Notes under the pieces: model-generated
The model's input: only the letters and a program-made list of their open reading frames with translations
Told to the model about the DNA's origin: nothing
Database searches by the model: none
Assembly (NCBI GenBank): GCA_019058245.1
Contig: JAHPZJ010000010.1
Coordinates: forward strand, 1-64,000
Source of the DNA: Promethearchaeota archaeon
GTDB taxonomy: Archaea; Asgardarchaeota; Lokiarchaeia; Sigyniarchaeales; SOKP01
Length of the DNA: 64,000 bases
Reading direction: 5' to 3'
Position numbers and translations under genes: made by a program
Part shown: piece by piece, positions 10,718 through 21,196 of the stretch
How positions within the stretch are numbered: position 1 is the first letter of the stretch
Layout: each line of letters opens with the position of its first letter

Positions 10718-11617
10718 GTGATGTCTAAAACCTTAATGGAAGATTTAAAAGAATTTCTAAATGATGCGAACCTTTCTACTTATGAAATCAATGCGTATAT
10801 AGCACTTTTAACATCTTCAAAAACTAATCCCCCTACAGCTAAGGAAATATCTTCAGAATCTACAGTTCCGAGTGGAAGAATATATGAAATTTTAGATGAT
10901 TTAAATAAAAAAGGACTAATTGAAATAATTGAATCTCGACCAAAAAAATATAGAGTAATATCATTGAATAAAGCATTAGATAATTTAATTAGCTTTCAAT
11001 CCAAAGAAAGTAAACAAAAAATAAGTTATTTATATGATCGAGCTAAAATCCTAGAGTATGAACTATATAATTCTGATGTATTAATTCAAAAAGAACCTTC
11101 GAAAATCTTTTGGTCAACTGTGTATGGAACTCAATCAATTCTTTCTCTTTATGTTAAATATATAAATCAAGCAAAAGAAGAGATAATTTTTAATGAATTT
11201 ATTAATAAAAATACACTAAAAATCTTACCTTATGCAAAATCAATCTATACTGCGCTTAAAGAAGCACATAATCGCGGGATTAAAATAAAAGACCTCTGGA
11301 GTTTTGAATATGATAACCGACCGCTTACAAGAGAACAAAAAGAAGAAAATGCTAAAATTTTTGAAAAATTAAAAAAAATTCAGAAGGAACTATATGGATT
11401 ATCATCAGAATTGCCCGGGTGCAAAATGAAATATATCTTTCAAAGATCACCAACCTATTTCGATATATTTGATAAAAAAAGAATAATGTTTAAACTTCAA
11501 AATCCAATTAAACCTTACCAAATATTTGCATGCATGAATGTCGTGGATCCTAATCTTGCTAATGATTTAAGAGAAAAATTTCTTAGTATGTGGACTTTTG
11601 ATGCAATTGAGGATTAA
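10718..11617 (+). CDS. TrmB-family transcriptional regulator
   Basis: LSTYEINAYIALL...TAKEIS..S.VPSGRIYEIL..L..KGLI....RPKKYR; divergent from Fe-S operon. Confidence 0.9.
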   Translation: MMSKTLMEDLKEFLNDANLSTYEINAYIALLTSSKTNPPTAKEISSESTVPSGRIYEILDDLNKKGLIEIIESRPKKYRVISLNKALDNLISFQSKESKQKISYLYDRAKILEYELYNSDVLIQKEPSKIFWSTVYGTQSILSLYVKYINQAKEEIIFNEFINKNTLKILPYAKSIYTALKEAHNRGIKIKDLWSFEYDNRPLTREQKEENAKIFEKLKKIQKELYGLSSELPGCKMKYIFQRSPTYFDIFDKKRIMFKLQNPIKPYQIFACMNVVDPNLANDLREKFLSMWTFDAIED

Positions 11618-11783
11618 ATATTATTCCAACACCGATAATTAAAAAAAATTTTTCAATTATTATTATTTCTGTTGATTTAAACTAGTTTTTTTAAATAATA
11701 TTAAAATGAACCTTCACTTTGTTAAGCTTATGAATAGGAATTAAAATTAAAAGAAAAAAAAAATGAAAAAATTTTGAATAAGT

Positions 11784-12212
11784 TTAATCATACCTTTTGT
11801 ATGTAAAAATTAACCAGAAAAATCCTAATACTCCAATAATAAAAGCAATTATGAGAATATAGTTGATCCAATTTGTCCACCATTCAATACCGCCCCATGA
11901 TAACATTACGGATAATGTCTGAACAGCCATAACACTTAATACAACTAAACCCATTCCCATAGCATACTCCTCTTCACGAAACATGCCAATGCCTGAGACC
12001 AAACACCAAAATCCAAGAACGATAGAAACTATACCTGAAGGTCCGAGAACAGTAAGTGCTTCTTGAATAGCAGCATTGTTTAGATCAAATCCTACGCTAA
12101 TCCCCGCCCAAGCTAAGAGATTCATTATACCCATTAAGACGAAAAGGGCACCGATGATTATCATCAGAATGTTCAATAATTCATTTGAATCTTTTTTACT
12201 TTTTTCACTCAT
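11784..12212 (-). CDS. hypothetical 4-TM membrane protein
   Basis: Four hydrophobic segments. Confidence 0.75.
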   Translation of the reverse strand: MSEKSKKDSNELLNILMIIIGALFVLMGIMNLLAWAGISVGFDLNNAAIQEALTVLGPSGIVSIVLGFWCLVSGIGMFREEEYAMGMGLVVLSVMAVQTLSVMLSWGGIEWWTNWINYILIIAFIIGVLGFFWLIFTYKRYD

Positions 12213-12527
12213 TTTTAGTTCAACTTTTTTAGTTTGTTTTTAAAATTAGTGTTAAGGATAGATTTACAATTCTCTTATTTAAACCTATTTCCTTTATTTT
12301 CTAAAGATGAATATAAACTCTATATATCTATTGTTTTTTAAATTAGGTCAAAAAAAATATGATTTTATTTTAGACAGATTTGACAGACCGAACAAAAAAA
12401 TAGGCGCATATAAAGACAATTAAAGTAATAGCTGAAAAAAACCAGAAATATGTATAAATAAAATTTATCACCATAATCCCCAAAATAACAGGGAGATTCC
12501 CATTAAGAACAAAATCTTTTTTAAATG

Positions 12528-12611
12528 GGGCAGAAAATCATGAATATATCTTAGAAATGGCTGACGCTATATTTGAAATAGAAAGAGAATAGGATTTAAT
12601 TATTTTAGGTT
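12528..12611 (+). repeat. direct repeat copy 1 (84 bp; partner 18223..18306)
   Basis: gggcagaaaatcatgaatatat...ttattttaggtt, 4 mismatches versus copy 2 by manual alignment. Confidence 0.9.
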
Positions 12612-12954
12612 ATTTTGAAAAATTTCTTCCAATCTGGATATTTTTATGCATGGTTCTCGGAATAATTCTATCCAATATGATTCCAACTGTTAGCGAATCG
12701 ATTGATTCATGGTAGATACGAGGTATTTCAATACAATTGGTATATGTTTGTTTTTGATGATGTATTCTAGAATAATGAATCTCAAAAAGTCAGAATTGAA
12801 GAAATTGGGGAATAATCGAAAACCAACCATTTTAACTTTAATATCCAATTGGATAGTAGCTCCTTTCATGGGTTTAATGATGGTAAGAATCTTCTTACCA
12901 GGGCATGAACAATTAGTATCGGTACATGTCAAATTCCTTAAATTTTTCAATTAA
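12605..12954 (+). pseudogene. acr3: Acr3-family arsenite efflux permease, truncated pseudogene
   Basis: LGYFEKFLPIWIFLCMVLGIILS...DSW*IRGISI then frameshift to IGICLFLMMY...K..ILTLISNWIVAP; internal TAG, frameshift, no start, truncated. Confidence 0.75.
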
Positions 12955-13343
12955 TTATTATCATAGTTGTCTATTTGATAAAATTTTTTAAAGGTGTAAT
13001 CTTCATTCCTACTTAGAAAAATGTTCACAATATTTAATCAAGTAAAAAAAATGCTGTAAAATTTGAGTTATAGTGAGGAAATTTGGGATAAGTGATACAG
13101 TGTGGCTGGACCGTTAAATAAATTAACAACGTGGCTAACATTGGGTCTTTCATTATTATATTGGTTTTTATTACCAGTACAGCCAAATGGATATAATTAT
13201 TTATCATTTGGCGTCAAATGCATGGAGGTTCGTGTGTGTAATTCTGGTAAACGTTTTTTATTTGATTATTTTAAAAGAGAAGATTATAAAATATAAAGTT
13301 TTGATTAGAAGTTAAGAAATATAACATTAAGGAGAAATTTAGA

Positions 13344-14825
13344 ATGGTTCTTAAAGAGAAACTCACGAAAGTAGTGAATTCAGACCAAATATTTGATGAT
13401 GATGAAGTTTTAGGAGAATATGCGAGTGATCACTCCTTTGTGCCTATAAAAAAGCCTAGTTTGGTAGTCAAGCCGAAGTCTGCCATGGAAGTTCAGAAGA
13501 TAGTGAATTTTGCCAATAGATTAAATTTTCCTCTTATTCCAGTGAGTTCGGGCCTTCCTCGGTTTCGCGGAGACACGGTTCCATCAGCCGATGGAGTAGT
13601 AATAGTAGATCTCCAGGAAATGAATCGAGTTATCTGGGTTAGTCGAAGAGATAGAGTTTGTGTAATAGAGCCTGGAGTAACCTTTGGACAATTAGAGGCT
13701 GAATTGGAATCTCAAGGGTTACGATCCATGATGCCCTTATGTCCTAAATCTACCAAGTCAGTGATCGCTAGCCATTGGGAGCGTAATCCCATTACTTGCC
13801 CTCGATTTCACTGGGATGAGCAGGATCCCTTGGCATCGACGGAATTCATCGTGGGAAATGGAGATTCAATGTGGACGGGAGGTGCTGGACTAGTAGGGGG
13901 GCTCCAACCAATATCGCCCGCGAAACAGAGAGAAAGAGGAATGGCCCATAAAGTTCCTTTTGGGCTTCTTAATATGAATGTTCAAAAGATTGGCGGAGGA
14001 TCCCAAGGTACCTTAGGAATATGTACCTGGGCAAGTGTGAGATGCGAATTATTCCCGGAACACGAAGAATTATTCGTTGCTTATGATGAAAATATTAAAA
14101 ATTTAGTCGAACCTGCAACAAAATTAATCTATTATAGACTTGCAGATGACTTATTCATCCTGAACTCGGTGAATTTAGCATCATTACTCAAGCGGGAGGC
14201 GGATGACATTCGTGTATTGAAAGATACGCTTCCTCCTTGGATTTTAGTATATAATCTAGTTGGGTATGGCACGATGCCTGAAAAGATGTTCGAATATAAG
14301 GAAGTGGCGCTCAAGGATAAGCAGATCCCCGCAATGGATTCGCTTCCTGGTTCATCTATTAAGGAAGTTCAATCTTTAATAAGGCAGCCCTCGGATGATC
14401 CATACTGGAAGCTCCGACTTAAAGGTGACTCGAGAGATCTCATCTTTTTAACCTCTCTAGCAAGGGCCCCTAGTTTCATTGAAACCATTCAGAAACTAGC
14501 AAACGCGGTTAAATTTCCCATATCAGATATTGGAGTCTATATTCAACCCATGCGGCAAGGGTGTTATTCCCACATGGAATTTGATATTAATATGTCTACT
14601 GAAGACCAAGCCGAAGCGCAAGTCGTTCAAAAACTCATTAAGGAAGCTGCCAATCAAATGTTCTCAACTGGCGCCTTCTTTAATCGACCGTATGGGGAAT
14701 TATCTAATCTAATATATCCTCACTATCCAGATACGGTCAAAGCCCTAAAAATTGTTAAAAAGATTTTTGACCCAAAAAACGTGATGTCTCCGGGTAAGTT
14801 ATGTTTTTCGGAGGTGATTGAATGA
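13344..14825 (+). CDS. FAD-binding oxidoreductase (GlcD/D-lactate dehydrogenase, VAO-type)
   Basis: P.LVVKP.S..EVQ.IV, VDL..MNR, EPGVT, GSQGTLGI, KKIFDP..VMSPGKL. Confidence 0.88.
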   Translation: MVLKEKLTKVVNSDQIFDDDEVLGEYASDHSFVPIKKPSLVVKPKSAMEVQKIVNFANRLNFPLIPVSSGLPRFRGDTVPSADGVVIVDLQEMNRVIWVSRRDRVCVIEPGVTFGQLEAELESQGLRSMMPLCPKSTKSVIASHWERNPITCPRFHWDEQDPLASTEFIVGNGDSMWTGGAGLVGGLQPISPAKQRERGMAHKVPFGLLNMNVQKIGGGSQGTLGICTWASVRCELFPEHEELFVAYDENIKNLVEPATKLIYYRLADDLFILNSVNLASLLKREADDIRVLKDTLPPWILVYNLVGYGTMPEKMFEYKEVALKDKQIPAMDSLPGSSIKEVQSLIRQPSDDPYWKLRLKGDSRDLIFLTSLARAPSFIETIQKLANAVKFPISDIGVYIQPMRQGCYSHMEFDINMSTEDQAEAQVVQKLIKEAANQMFSTGAFFNRPYGELSNLIYPHYPDTVKALKIVKKIFDPKNVMSPGKLCFSEVIE

Positions 14826-16120
14826 ATTTATCTAAATATGAGTACGAAATGGAGAATTGTTTCAGGTGTTCTCACTGTAAATATATCCCCTGGCCAGTAC
14901 TGAAGAGCAAAAGGTTTTCACAAGTTTGTCCGTCCATTACACGATATAATTTCCATGCTTATTCAGCTTCAGGAAAGATCGAAATGGCACTCGCACTCCA
15001 TATTGGGCGATTAAAAGAATGGACGCCTGGCATGCTCAAAATACTATATACATGCACAATGTGTGGCGCATGTCAAATCTCCTGTTACCCAAACAATTTC
15101 TTAACGGATGTGGAGGGCATACTTGAGACTTTGAGACAGAAGGCAGTCGAGGACGGTGTGGGACCTATGCCCCAACATAATGCTTTTACGAAATCCATTA
15201 AAGAAAAACACAACCCATACAACGAGCCCCACGAGGATCGGTCAAATTGGATGCCTGAAGGCATAGAAGTTAAGGAAAAAGCTGATTTAATCTATTGGGT
15301 CGGATGCACGTCATCATATCGCAGGAAGGAAATTGCTCAAGCGACCGTGAAAGTGTTAAATAAAATTGGGGTCGATTTTATGCTTCTCAGAGATGATGAG
15401 ATTTGTTGTGGTAGTCCAGTCTACAATACTGGACAGAAAGAGCTAGCGAAAAAGATGGCAAAAGATGTAGTTGAAAAAATTCGTAAATCTGGGGCTAAAA
15501 AATTGTTAACAGCTTGCGCTGGGTGTTATGCAATGTTCAAGGCCAAATATCCGAAGCTAATTGATGATATTCCATTTGAAATTACAAGTTTAGCGGAAAT
15601 ATTGGATCAAAAGTTGCAAGATGGCAAATTAAAGTTCGCAAAAAGTGTCCCGATGAAAGTTACCTATCACGATCCTTGTCATATGGGAAGAATGAGCGAA
15701 TATATCCCAGAGTGGAATGGAGAATGGAAGTTGACAGGCCCTCATATCTATGAACACGTTCCTGAGAAGCCAGTCAGACTCGGACTTGGAGGGTGTTATG
15801 ATCCACCAAGAAGGGTGTTAGAAGCCATTCCAGGCATCGAATTTGTCGAGATGGAACGTATTAGGGAATATGCATGGTGTTGTGGGGCGGGAGCTGGTTG
15901 CAAATCGGCATTCCCAGATTTTGCTCTATGGGCAGCTTCCGAACGTATAGAAGAGGCGAAAGCAACCGATGCCGAAATACTAGTTTCAGCTTGCCCATTT
16001 TGCTCAACCAACCTAAAGGATGCAATTGAGCAAAACCACGAAAAAATTAGGTTTTATGATATTGCGGAGATTGTATTAATGGCCTTAGAAAGCACTTCCG
16101 GAGGTGGAGAAACCAAATGA
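14822..16120 (+). CDS. Fe-S oxidoreductase with CCG domains (GlcF/HdrD-like)
   Basis: CxxCxxC clusters, CCGSP, TYHDPCH.GR, CCGAGAG, SACPFC. Confidence 0.9.
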   Translation: MNLSKYEYEMENCFRCSHCKYIPWPVLKSKRFSQVCPSITRYNFHAYSASGKIEMALALHIGRLKEWTPGMLKILYTCTMCGACQISCYPNNFLTDVEGILETLRQKAVEDGVGPMPQHNAFTKSIKEKHNPYNEPHEDRSNWMPEGIEVKEKADLIYWVGCTSSYRRKEIAQATVKVLNKIGVDFMLLRDDEICCGSPVYNTGQKELAKKMAKDVVEKIRKSGAKKLLTACAGCYAMFKAKYPKLIDDIPFEITSLAEILDQKLQDGKLKFAKSVPMKVTYHDPCHMGRMSEYIPEWNGEWKLTGPHIYEHVPEKPVRLGLGGCYDPPRRVLEAIPGIEFVEMERIREYAWCCGAGAGCKSAFPDFALWAASERIEEAKATDAEILVSACPFCSTNLKDAIEQNHEKIRFYDIAEIVLMALESTSGGGETK

Positions 16121-17817
16121 CGCTCTCTGAAGAAGCTTATTTTGATTTAGAAACGGTAGTTGGACCTGAGAACATCAGTCAAGAACCAGCGGTTCTGGAT
16201 TCCTATTGTTGCCATGCAACTAATGGAGGAATCCCAAGGCAAGGACTAGGAGTAGATATCTGGTGGAAACGAGCTGATGCCATCGTTCTTCCAGGATCTA
16301 CTAAAGAAGTCCAACAAATAGTAAATATATGTAATCATCATGGGATTAAATTCAAAGCGCATTCGACTGGACAACTGCCAGTCGGATTTGCACAGTCAAA
16401 AACAAATGTGATCACCATAGACCTGCGTAGGATGAACCGAATAATCGAAATAAACGAACAGTTCATGTACGCTTTAATTGAACCATATGTGACTCAAGCC
16501 GAACTATTCATCGAAACGATAAAACATGGCATGTGTCCCAATATGATTGATGCGGGAGCGAGCATTTCACCATTAGCCTCAGTCACTAGTGTCCTCGGTA
16601 ATGGAGATAGCTCCATTACACGGTCTATGAATGCGCGTAATCCCTTAGCAGTCGAGTGGGTTCTCCCAACTGGAGAGATTCTCAGATTAGGTTCGCCTAA
16701 TACTCCAAATGCTGGATGGTTCAGTGGTGATGGCCCAGGTCCGAGCCTGCGTGGAACAATGCGAGGGGGACTTGGTCTCCTAGGATCCCGCGGCATTTTT
16801 ACCAAAGTCGCGATGAAACTCTACCCATGGCATGGACCTAAAAAACTCGTAACTGGCGGACATGCACCTTGGTGGGAGGTCAAGGAATGGCCGCTGAGTG
16901 AATTAGTAATTTTCAAGTGGGATGATTATAAAAATGAGGCAGATGCGCTTTACTTAATCGGGGAAGCCGAAATCTTTGATTCGCTTGGTCGGTTATCTAC
17001 CACCAAATTTGAAGCGACTATAGCGGAATCCAAAGGAGAATGGGCAAGTATCCGGAGGTGGAATATATTTGGAGAACTGTTCCCTAAGGGCGGGTGGTTC
17101 GGTCAAATCATTTCCATTAACCAGGAACATTTGGACTATTGTAAGAGTGTTCTGAAACGTATCCTCGACCAAACAGATGGGAAAATTGTCAAGATAGAAG
17201 ACATAAATGTCCCAGAAGGGACAAAAATCAATAATCCGGAGCAGTTTGCTTGGAGATGTAAGCAGATATATTTACAATTGATGCTTTTCAAAGATTACAC
17301 CCTCAAGGTTTGTGAAATGCCTATGGCCGGCACTTTTGGCCCCCTGCCCGCGATGTATTACTCCAACATTGATACCTGTTTTAAACTCATTTCAAAATAC
17401 CATATCCCCATAAAATCCAAATACCAGAAGAATGGTACCATTCTGGACGATGGACCGGATGGAATCTGGGCTACCATAGAGGAAAACGGTCATATGATGC
17501 AATTCATGAATTTCACACGTATAGAGCGTAAGGACCCAAATGCAGATAGTAAAGGGCTAGGAGAAGAATCAATGGTTAAAGCATTTCAAGACGGTTACTT
17601 ACCCTACACGCCCATGCCCCCTATTGAACGGATCTTGCTGATTAATAAATACCAAAGGAAATTAAATGAAAAGCTGAATCCATATAAAACGGCAGAAAGA
17701 TCATCATTACTGGGACAGGGCGGATTTTCGCCAGGAAGTGGAGGTGGAGGCATGCAAAAGATGATCGATAGATTCTTACGAGGAAGACCTAATAAGAAAG
17801 AAAATAAAGGCACTTGA
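16117..17817 (+). CDS. second FAD-binding oxidoreductase (VAO-type)
   Basis: VLPGST.EVQ.IV, DLRRMNRI.EI, EWVLPTGE..R.GS, GPGPSLRG. Confidence 0.85.
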   Translation: MTLSEEAYFDLETVVGPENISQEPAVLDSYCCHATNGGIPRQGLGVDIWWKRADAIVLPGSTKEVQQIVNICNHHGIKFKAHSTGQLPVGFAQSKTNVITIDLRRMNRIIEINEQFMYALIEPYVTQAELFIETIKHGMCPNMIDAGASISPLASVTSVLGNGDSSITRSMNARNPLAVEWVLPTGEILRLGSPNTPNAGWFSGDGPGPSLRGTMRGGLGLLGSRGIFTKVAMKLYPWHGPKKLVTGGHAPWWEVKEWPLSELVIFKWDDYKNEADALYLIGEAEIFDSLGRLSTTKFEATIAESKGEWASIRRWNIFGELFPKGGWFGQIISINQEHLDYCKSVLKRILDQTDGKIVKIEDINVPEGTKINNPEQFAWRCKQIYLQLMLFKDYTLKVCEMPMAGTFGPLPAMYYSNIDTCFKLISKYHIPIKSKYQKNGTILDDGPDGIWATIEENGHMMQFMNFTRIERKDPNADSKGLGEESMVKAFQDGYLPYTPMPPIERILLINKYQRKLNEKLNPYKTAERSSLLGQGGFSPGSGGGGMQKMIDRFLRGRPNKKENKGT

Positions 17818-18222
17818 AGACACACCATATAGTGACTTTGGTGGGATTTTCTATAATTATACCTAATTTTTAGAAATATGGTTATAACCAACCTAACGAA
17901 TGCTGACATATCCAATGGCAAAACGGTTGAATTTATACTTTGAATCTTCCACTACCATAGTCCTTATCCTTTTCTAGTTGCAAAAAAAGGTGGTATAACT
18001 CTTACATGTTTAGCACTGAATTCCTTGAACCTACTTTCGTTATGGGGGGCTAAAAAAAAGAAGGGAAAGCCTTATTTGGTGGATAATCCACCTCTTCAGT
18101 ATAGGTTCTTAAGACTATGCCATCTATGAGGGCTGAGAATAATACACTCGTGAACTTTTCTATTAAGGCTTTCAACTACAACTATTAAAGATTGCAATTA
18201 TAGAATAAAATCCTTTTTATAT

Positions 18223-18306
18223 GGGCAGAAAATCATGAATATATATTAGAAATGGTTGATGCTATATTTGAAATAGAAAGAGAATAAGATTTAATTATTT
18301 TAGGTT
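18223..18306 (+). repeat. direct repeat copy 2 (84 bp; partner 12528..12611)
   Basis: Same sequence as copy 1; includes the last codons of the ArsR gene at 18295. Confidence 0.9.
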
Positions 18307-18642
18307 TATTGTCAACTTTTCCATATTCAACTTCCATACCTTTTCAGGAGCTCTTTTACTTTCACTTGGCTTGTAATCTGATTTAATAATACCTACATTT
18401 TCTAATTCTCTAAGATGATAATATAAATTTGCTTTCTTCAAATTTTTAAAATCTCCTTTACCACACATTCCATGACATTGATTTTTATCATCCATGGTTT
18501 CACTAGCATCTTTAAGATGATTAAAAAGATCATCTGAAGACATTGGGCCATCTCCTAGAATATCTATTATAACCCATCGAATTTGGCAATGTAAGGCTTT
18601 TACATATGTACTAATATCTTCAAGATCTATTTCTTTCGTCAT
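18295..18642 (-). CDS. ArsR-like winged-helix regulator with Cys-rich insertion
   Basis: KAL....R..II..L, LYYHL.EL...GII; insert QCHGMCG. Confidence 0.8.
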   Translation of the reverse strand: MTKEIDLEDISTYVKALHCQIRWVIIDILGDGPMSSDDLFNHLKDASETMDDKNQCHGMCGKGDFKNLKKANLYYHLRELENVGIIKSDYKPSESKRAPEKVWKLNMEKLTINLK

Positions 18643-18922
18643 ATCCTTAAACCACCAAAATCTTATAATATATAAAATCTCGAAACATTTAAATATATGG
18701 TTTGATTAGTTTAATCTAATATTTAACTAATTAAAATACAAATGAAAAACTTTATTATGGTAGTTTAATTTAGGTTTTGAGAATGAAGGTAAGATTAACG
18801 AAGTGGAACTTTAATAATTTAGCTATTAAACCGATTAAAGAGATTTCGCATAATAGAAGGATTTATTTGTATTATTTAAAAATCAATAAAAACTGAAAAA
18901 AAATATAAGAGGTATCAATAAA

Positions 18923-19081
18923 ATGAAAATTAAAGAAACGGAAGAATGTGAATGTGATAAACCAGAAATAAAAGAGAAGCATCCACAAGGGTGTACTTTA
19001 AATCAAATTATTAAATGCCATGGAGATCAACCAATCAATGATCTTCTAAAACACATTCAATTAGAAGAAGAGGAAAAATAG
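18923..19081 (+). CDS. small Cys/His-rich peptide, 52 aa (not in ORF track)
   Basis: MKIKETEECECDKPEIKEKHPQGCTLNQIIKCHGDQPINDLLKHIQLEEEEK; AGAGGT SD upstream; heads ABC operon. Confidence 0.7.
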   Translation: MKIKETEECECDKPEIKEKHPQGCTLNQIIKCHGDQPINDLLKHIQLEEEEK

Positions 19082-19107
19082 GAATTTTTTCCTAAGGAGG
19101 TGTTATT

Positions 19108-20100
19108 ATGAGTGTTATTGCTATAAATAATCTAGCTAAATATTTTTCACTCCCAAAGAAAGGAAAAGGGGGCAAACCAGGACCAATGAATGGGAAAATG
19201 GGACCAATGGGTATTATTCGTGCAGTTGATAATATTAGTTTTGAGGTGAAAAAGGGTGAAATCTTTGGATTTTTAGGTCCAAATGGTGCAGGTAAAACTA
19301 CAACAATACGGATGATGACAGGTGTATTAAGACCTACTAAAGGAAATGTGTCTATTTTTGGACATGATGTATGGAAAAATCAAATTCTCGTAAAACAAAT
19401 TACTGGAAATGTTCCTGAAGAAGCAAATGTATATTTTGACCTAACGGGACTACAAAATTTAATGTTTATTGGAGAAATTTATGGTGTTCCTAAAAAGACT
19501 CGCTTAAATCGCGCAGAGTCTTTACTTAAAAAATTTGAACTATACGAAAAGCGCAATTTAAAATCAATGAGATATTCTAAGGGAATGAAACAAAGATTAT
19601 TGCTATGTATGGCGCTAATGAGTAATCCAAAAATTTTATTTCTTGATGAGCCAACAAGTGGATTAGATGTGCAGTCTGCTCGTATAATAAAACAATTGAT
19701 AAGAGAGTATAATGAAAAAGGTGTAACCATCTTTCTTACCACTCATGACATGGAAGTTGCAAATGAATTATGCCATAGAATCGCAATTATTAATCATGGA
19801 AAAATCATTAGTTTAGATACTCCTCAAAACTTAAAAGCATTAACTCAAGAATATAAAGCAATTGATTTCTATTTTACTAATGGGGCAGATAAGGCTAAAA
19901 TCAAAGATTTGAGTTCTGTAAGAGAAGTTCAAGAGGTAAGTGGAGGTTTTCACCTAATTGTAGAAGATATTCATGAAGGAATTTGTGAGATTGTAGATTT
20001 CATCAAGCAAAATCATTTAATTATAAAACAACTAAATACACATCAACCAAAATTAGAAGATGCATTTTTAAAAATCATTGAAAGAGGTGATAAAAATTAA
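19108..20100 (+). CDS. ABC-2 type (DrrA-like) exporter ATP-binding subunit
   Basis: GPNGAGKT, YSKGMKQR, LFLDEPTSGLD, TTH. Confidence 0.95.
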   Translation: MSVIAINNLAKYFSLPKKGKGGKPGPMNGKMGPMGIIRAVDNISFEVKKGEIFGFLGPNGAGKTTTIRMMTGVLRPTKGNVSIFGHDVWKNQILVKQITGNVPEEANVYFDLTGLQNLMFIGEIYGVPKKTRLNRAESLLKKFELYEKRNLKSMRYSKGMKQRLLLCMALMSNPKILFLDEPTSGLDVQSARIIKQLIREYNEKGVTIFLTTHDMEVANELCHRIAIINHGKIISLDTPQNLKALTQEYKAIDFYFTNGADKAKIKDLSSVREVQEVSGGFHLIVEDIHEGICEIVDFIKQNHLIIKQLNTHQPKLEDAFLKIIERGDKN

Positions 20101-20881
20101 TAAGGAATTTATATTATCTAAAGAATCTAGGTTTAGTACTTTTAAAACTCAACTAAAGAGATCTTTTATAATTACTAAAAAAGATTTGAGAATTTATTAT
20201 AATAAACCACCTGTATTAATTCAAGGGATTTTTTTTCCAATAATATTATTTTTTGCTTTTACAATAGGAAGAAGTATATCACCAATTTACCTTATTTCTG
20301 GAATAATAGCAATGGTTCTTTTCTTAACTTCGACTTCATTGGGACCTATCATTTTTCCATGGGAGACTATTCGTGGTACTTTTGAGCGATTAACTACTTG
20401 TCCAGTTTCAATTAAGACAATATTAATTGGTAGTATTTGGAGTTCATTTATATACGGTTTATTATTCTCGTCAATTCCTTTGGTTTTAGGAGTAATATTC
20501 CTATCAAGTGGATTAGCCATTAATTATTTTCTAATTATTGCTGGTATGATTCTTTCTTCGTTGGTTTTTTCCAGTTTTAGTTTGATAATCTCCTCGCCAC
20601 CAATAAGAAATCCGGGAAATACAATGATATTACAAATTTTTATCAAATTTCCATTATTATTTATCAGTCCACTGTTTATGCCAATTAATTCAATCGCAAC
20701 TGCAGTAATATCTCCAATTACCTATTGTCTTGATGTATTAAACATTGGATTAGGAGAGGTCAGTGCATTTGGATCTTTTGGATTACTCATCGATATTTTA
20801 GTTCTTATAGGTCTTGGATTTGGATTTCTATTTTTAGCATTCGCTATACATCAAAAAACACTAGAAAAGAGATTTAGGTGA
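20078..20881 (+). CDS. ABC-2 type exporter permease (probable start ATT at 20096)
   Basis: 6 TM; E...GTFERL...P motif; SPITY. Confidence 0.9.
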   Translation: MKEVIKINKEFILSKESRFSTFKTQLKRSFIITKKDLRIYYNKPPVLIQGIFFPIILFFAFTIGRSISPIYLISGIIAMVLFLTSTSLGPIIFPWETIRGTFERLTTCPVSIKTILIGSIWSSFIYGLLFSSIPLVLGVIFLSSGLAINYFLIIAGMILSSLVFSSFSLIISSPPIRNPGNTMILQIFIKFPLLFISPLFMPINSIATAVISPITYCLDVLNIGLGEVSAFGSFGLLIDILVLIGLGFGFLFLAFAIHQKTLEKRFR

Positions 20882-21196
20882 TATTTACAAATAACTTGTA
20901 ATAAAGCACTTTACCATATAGTCACTATTAATAATTTTTATCATACTAAAAAAATAATTTCTTTTTTTTTCAAGCATTTACTCTTATTTTAGATAATGTC
21001 TATTGATAATTAAGAACATACTTCACTTCTTTTTTTTTATTTTTAAGAAAATTTTCATTAGCCTAACATTTTTTTCAAACCATTCAAGGGTTATTTTTTG
21101 CCAACAATTATAAAAATGTGAAATTTATTAATATTTTTAAAAAGTTCTAAAAACTGTTTTATAATAATGATAAAGATTTGAGATGCAGGGGGACAA

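Noticed and set aside
12690-13296. ORFs 12690..12950(-), 12709..12954(+) and 13102..13296(+) as independent genes
   Set aside because: The first two are the acr3 remnant and its antisense; the third has no SD or motif support
17820-18200. Possible transposase or gene remnant at the island's right end
   Set aside because: Multiple stops in all frames; no recognisable DDE motif or terminal inverted repeats
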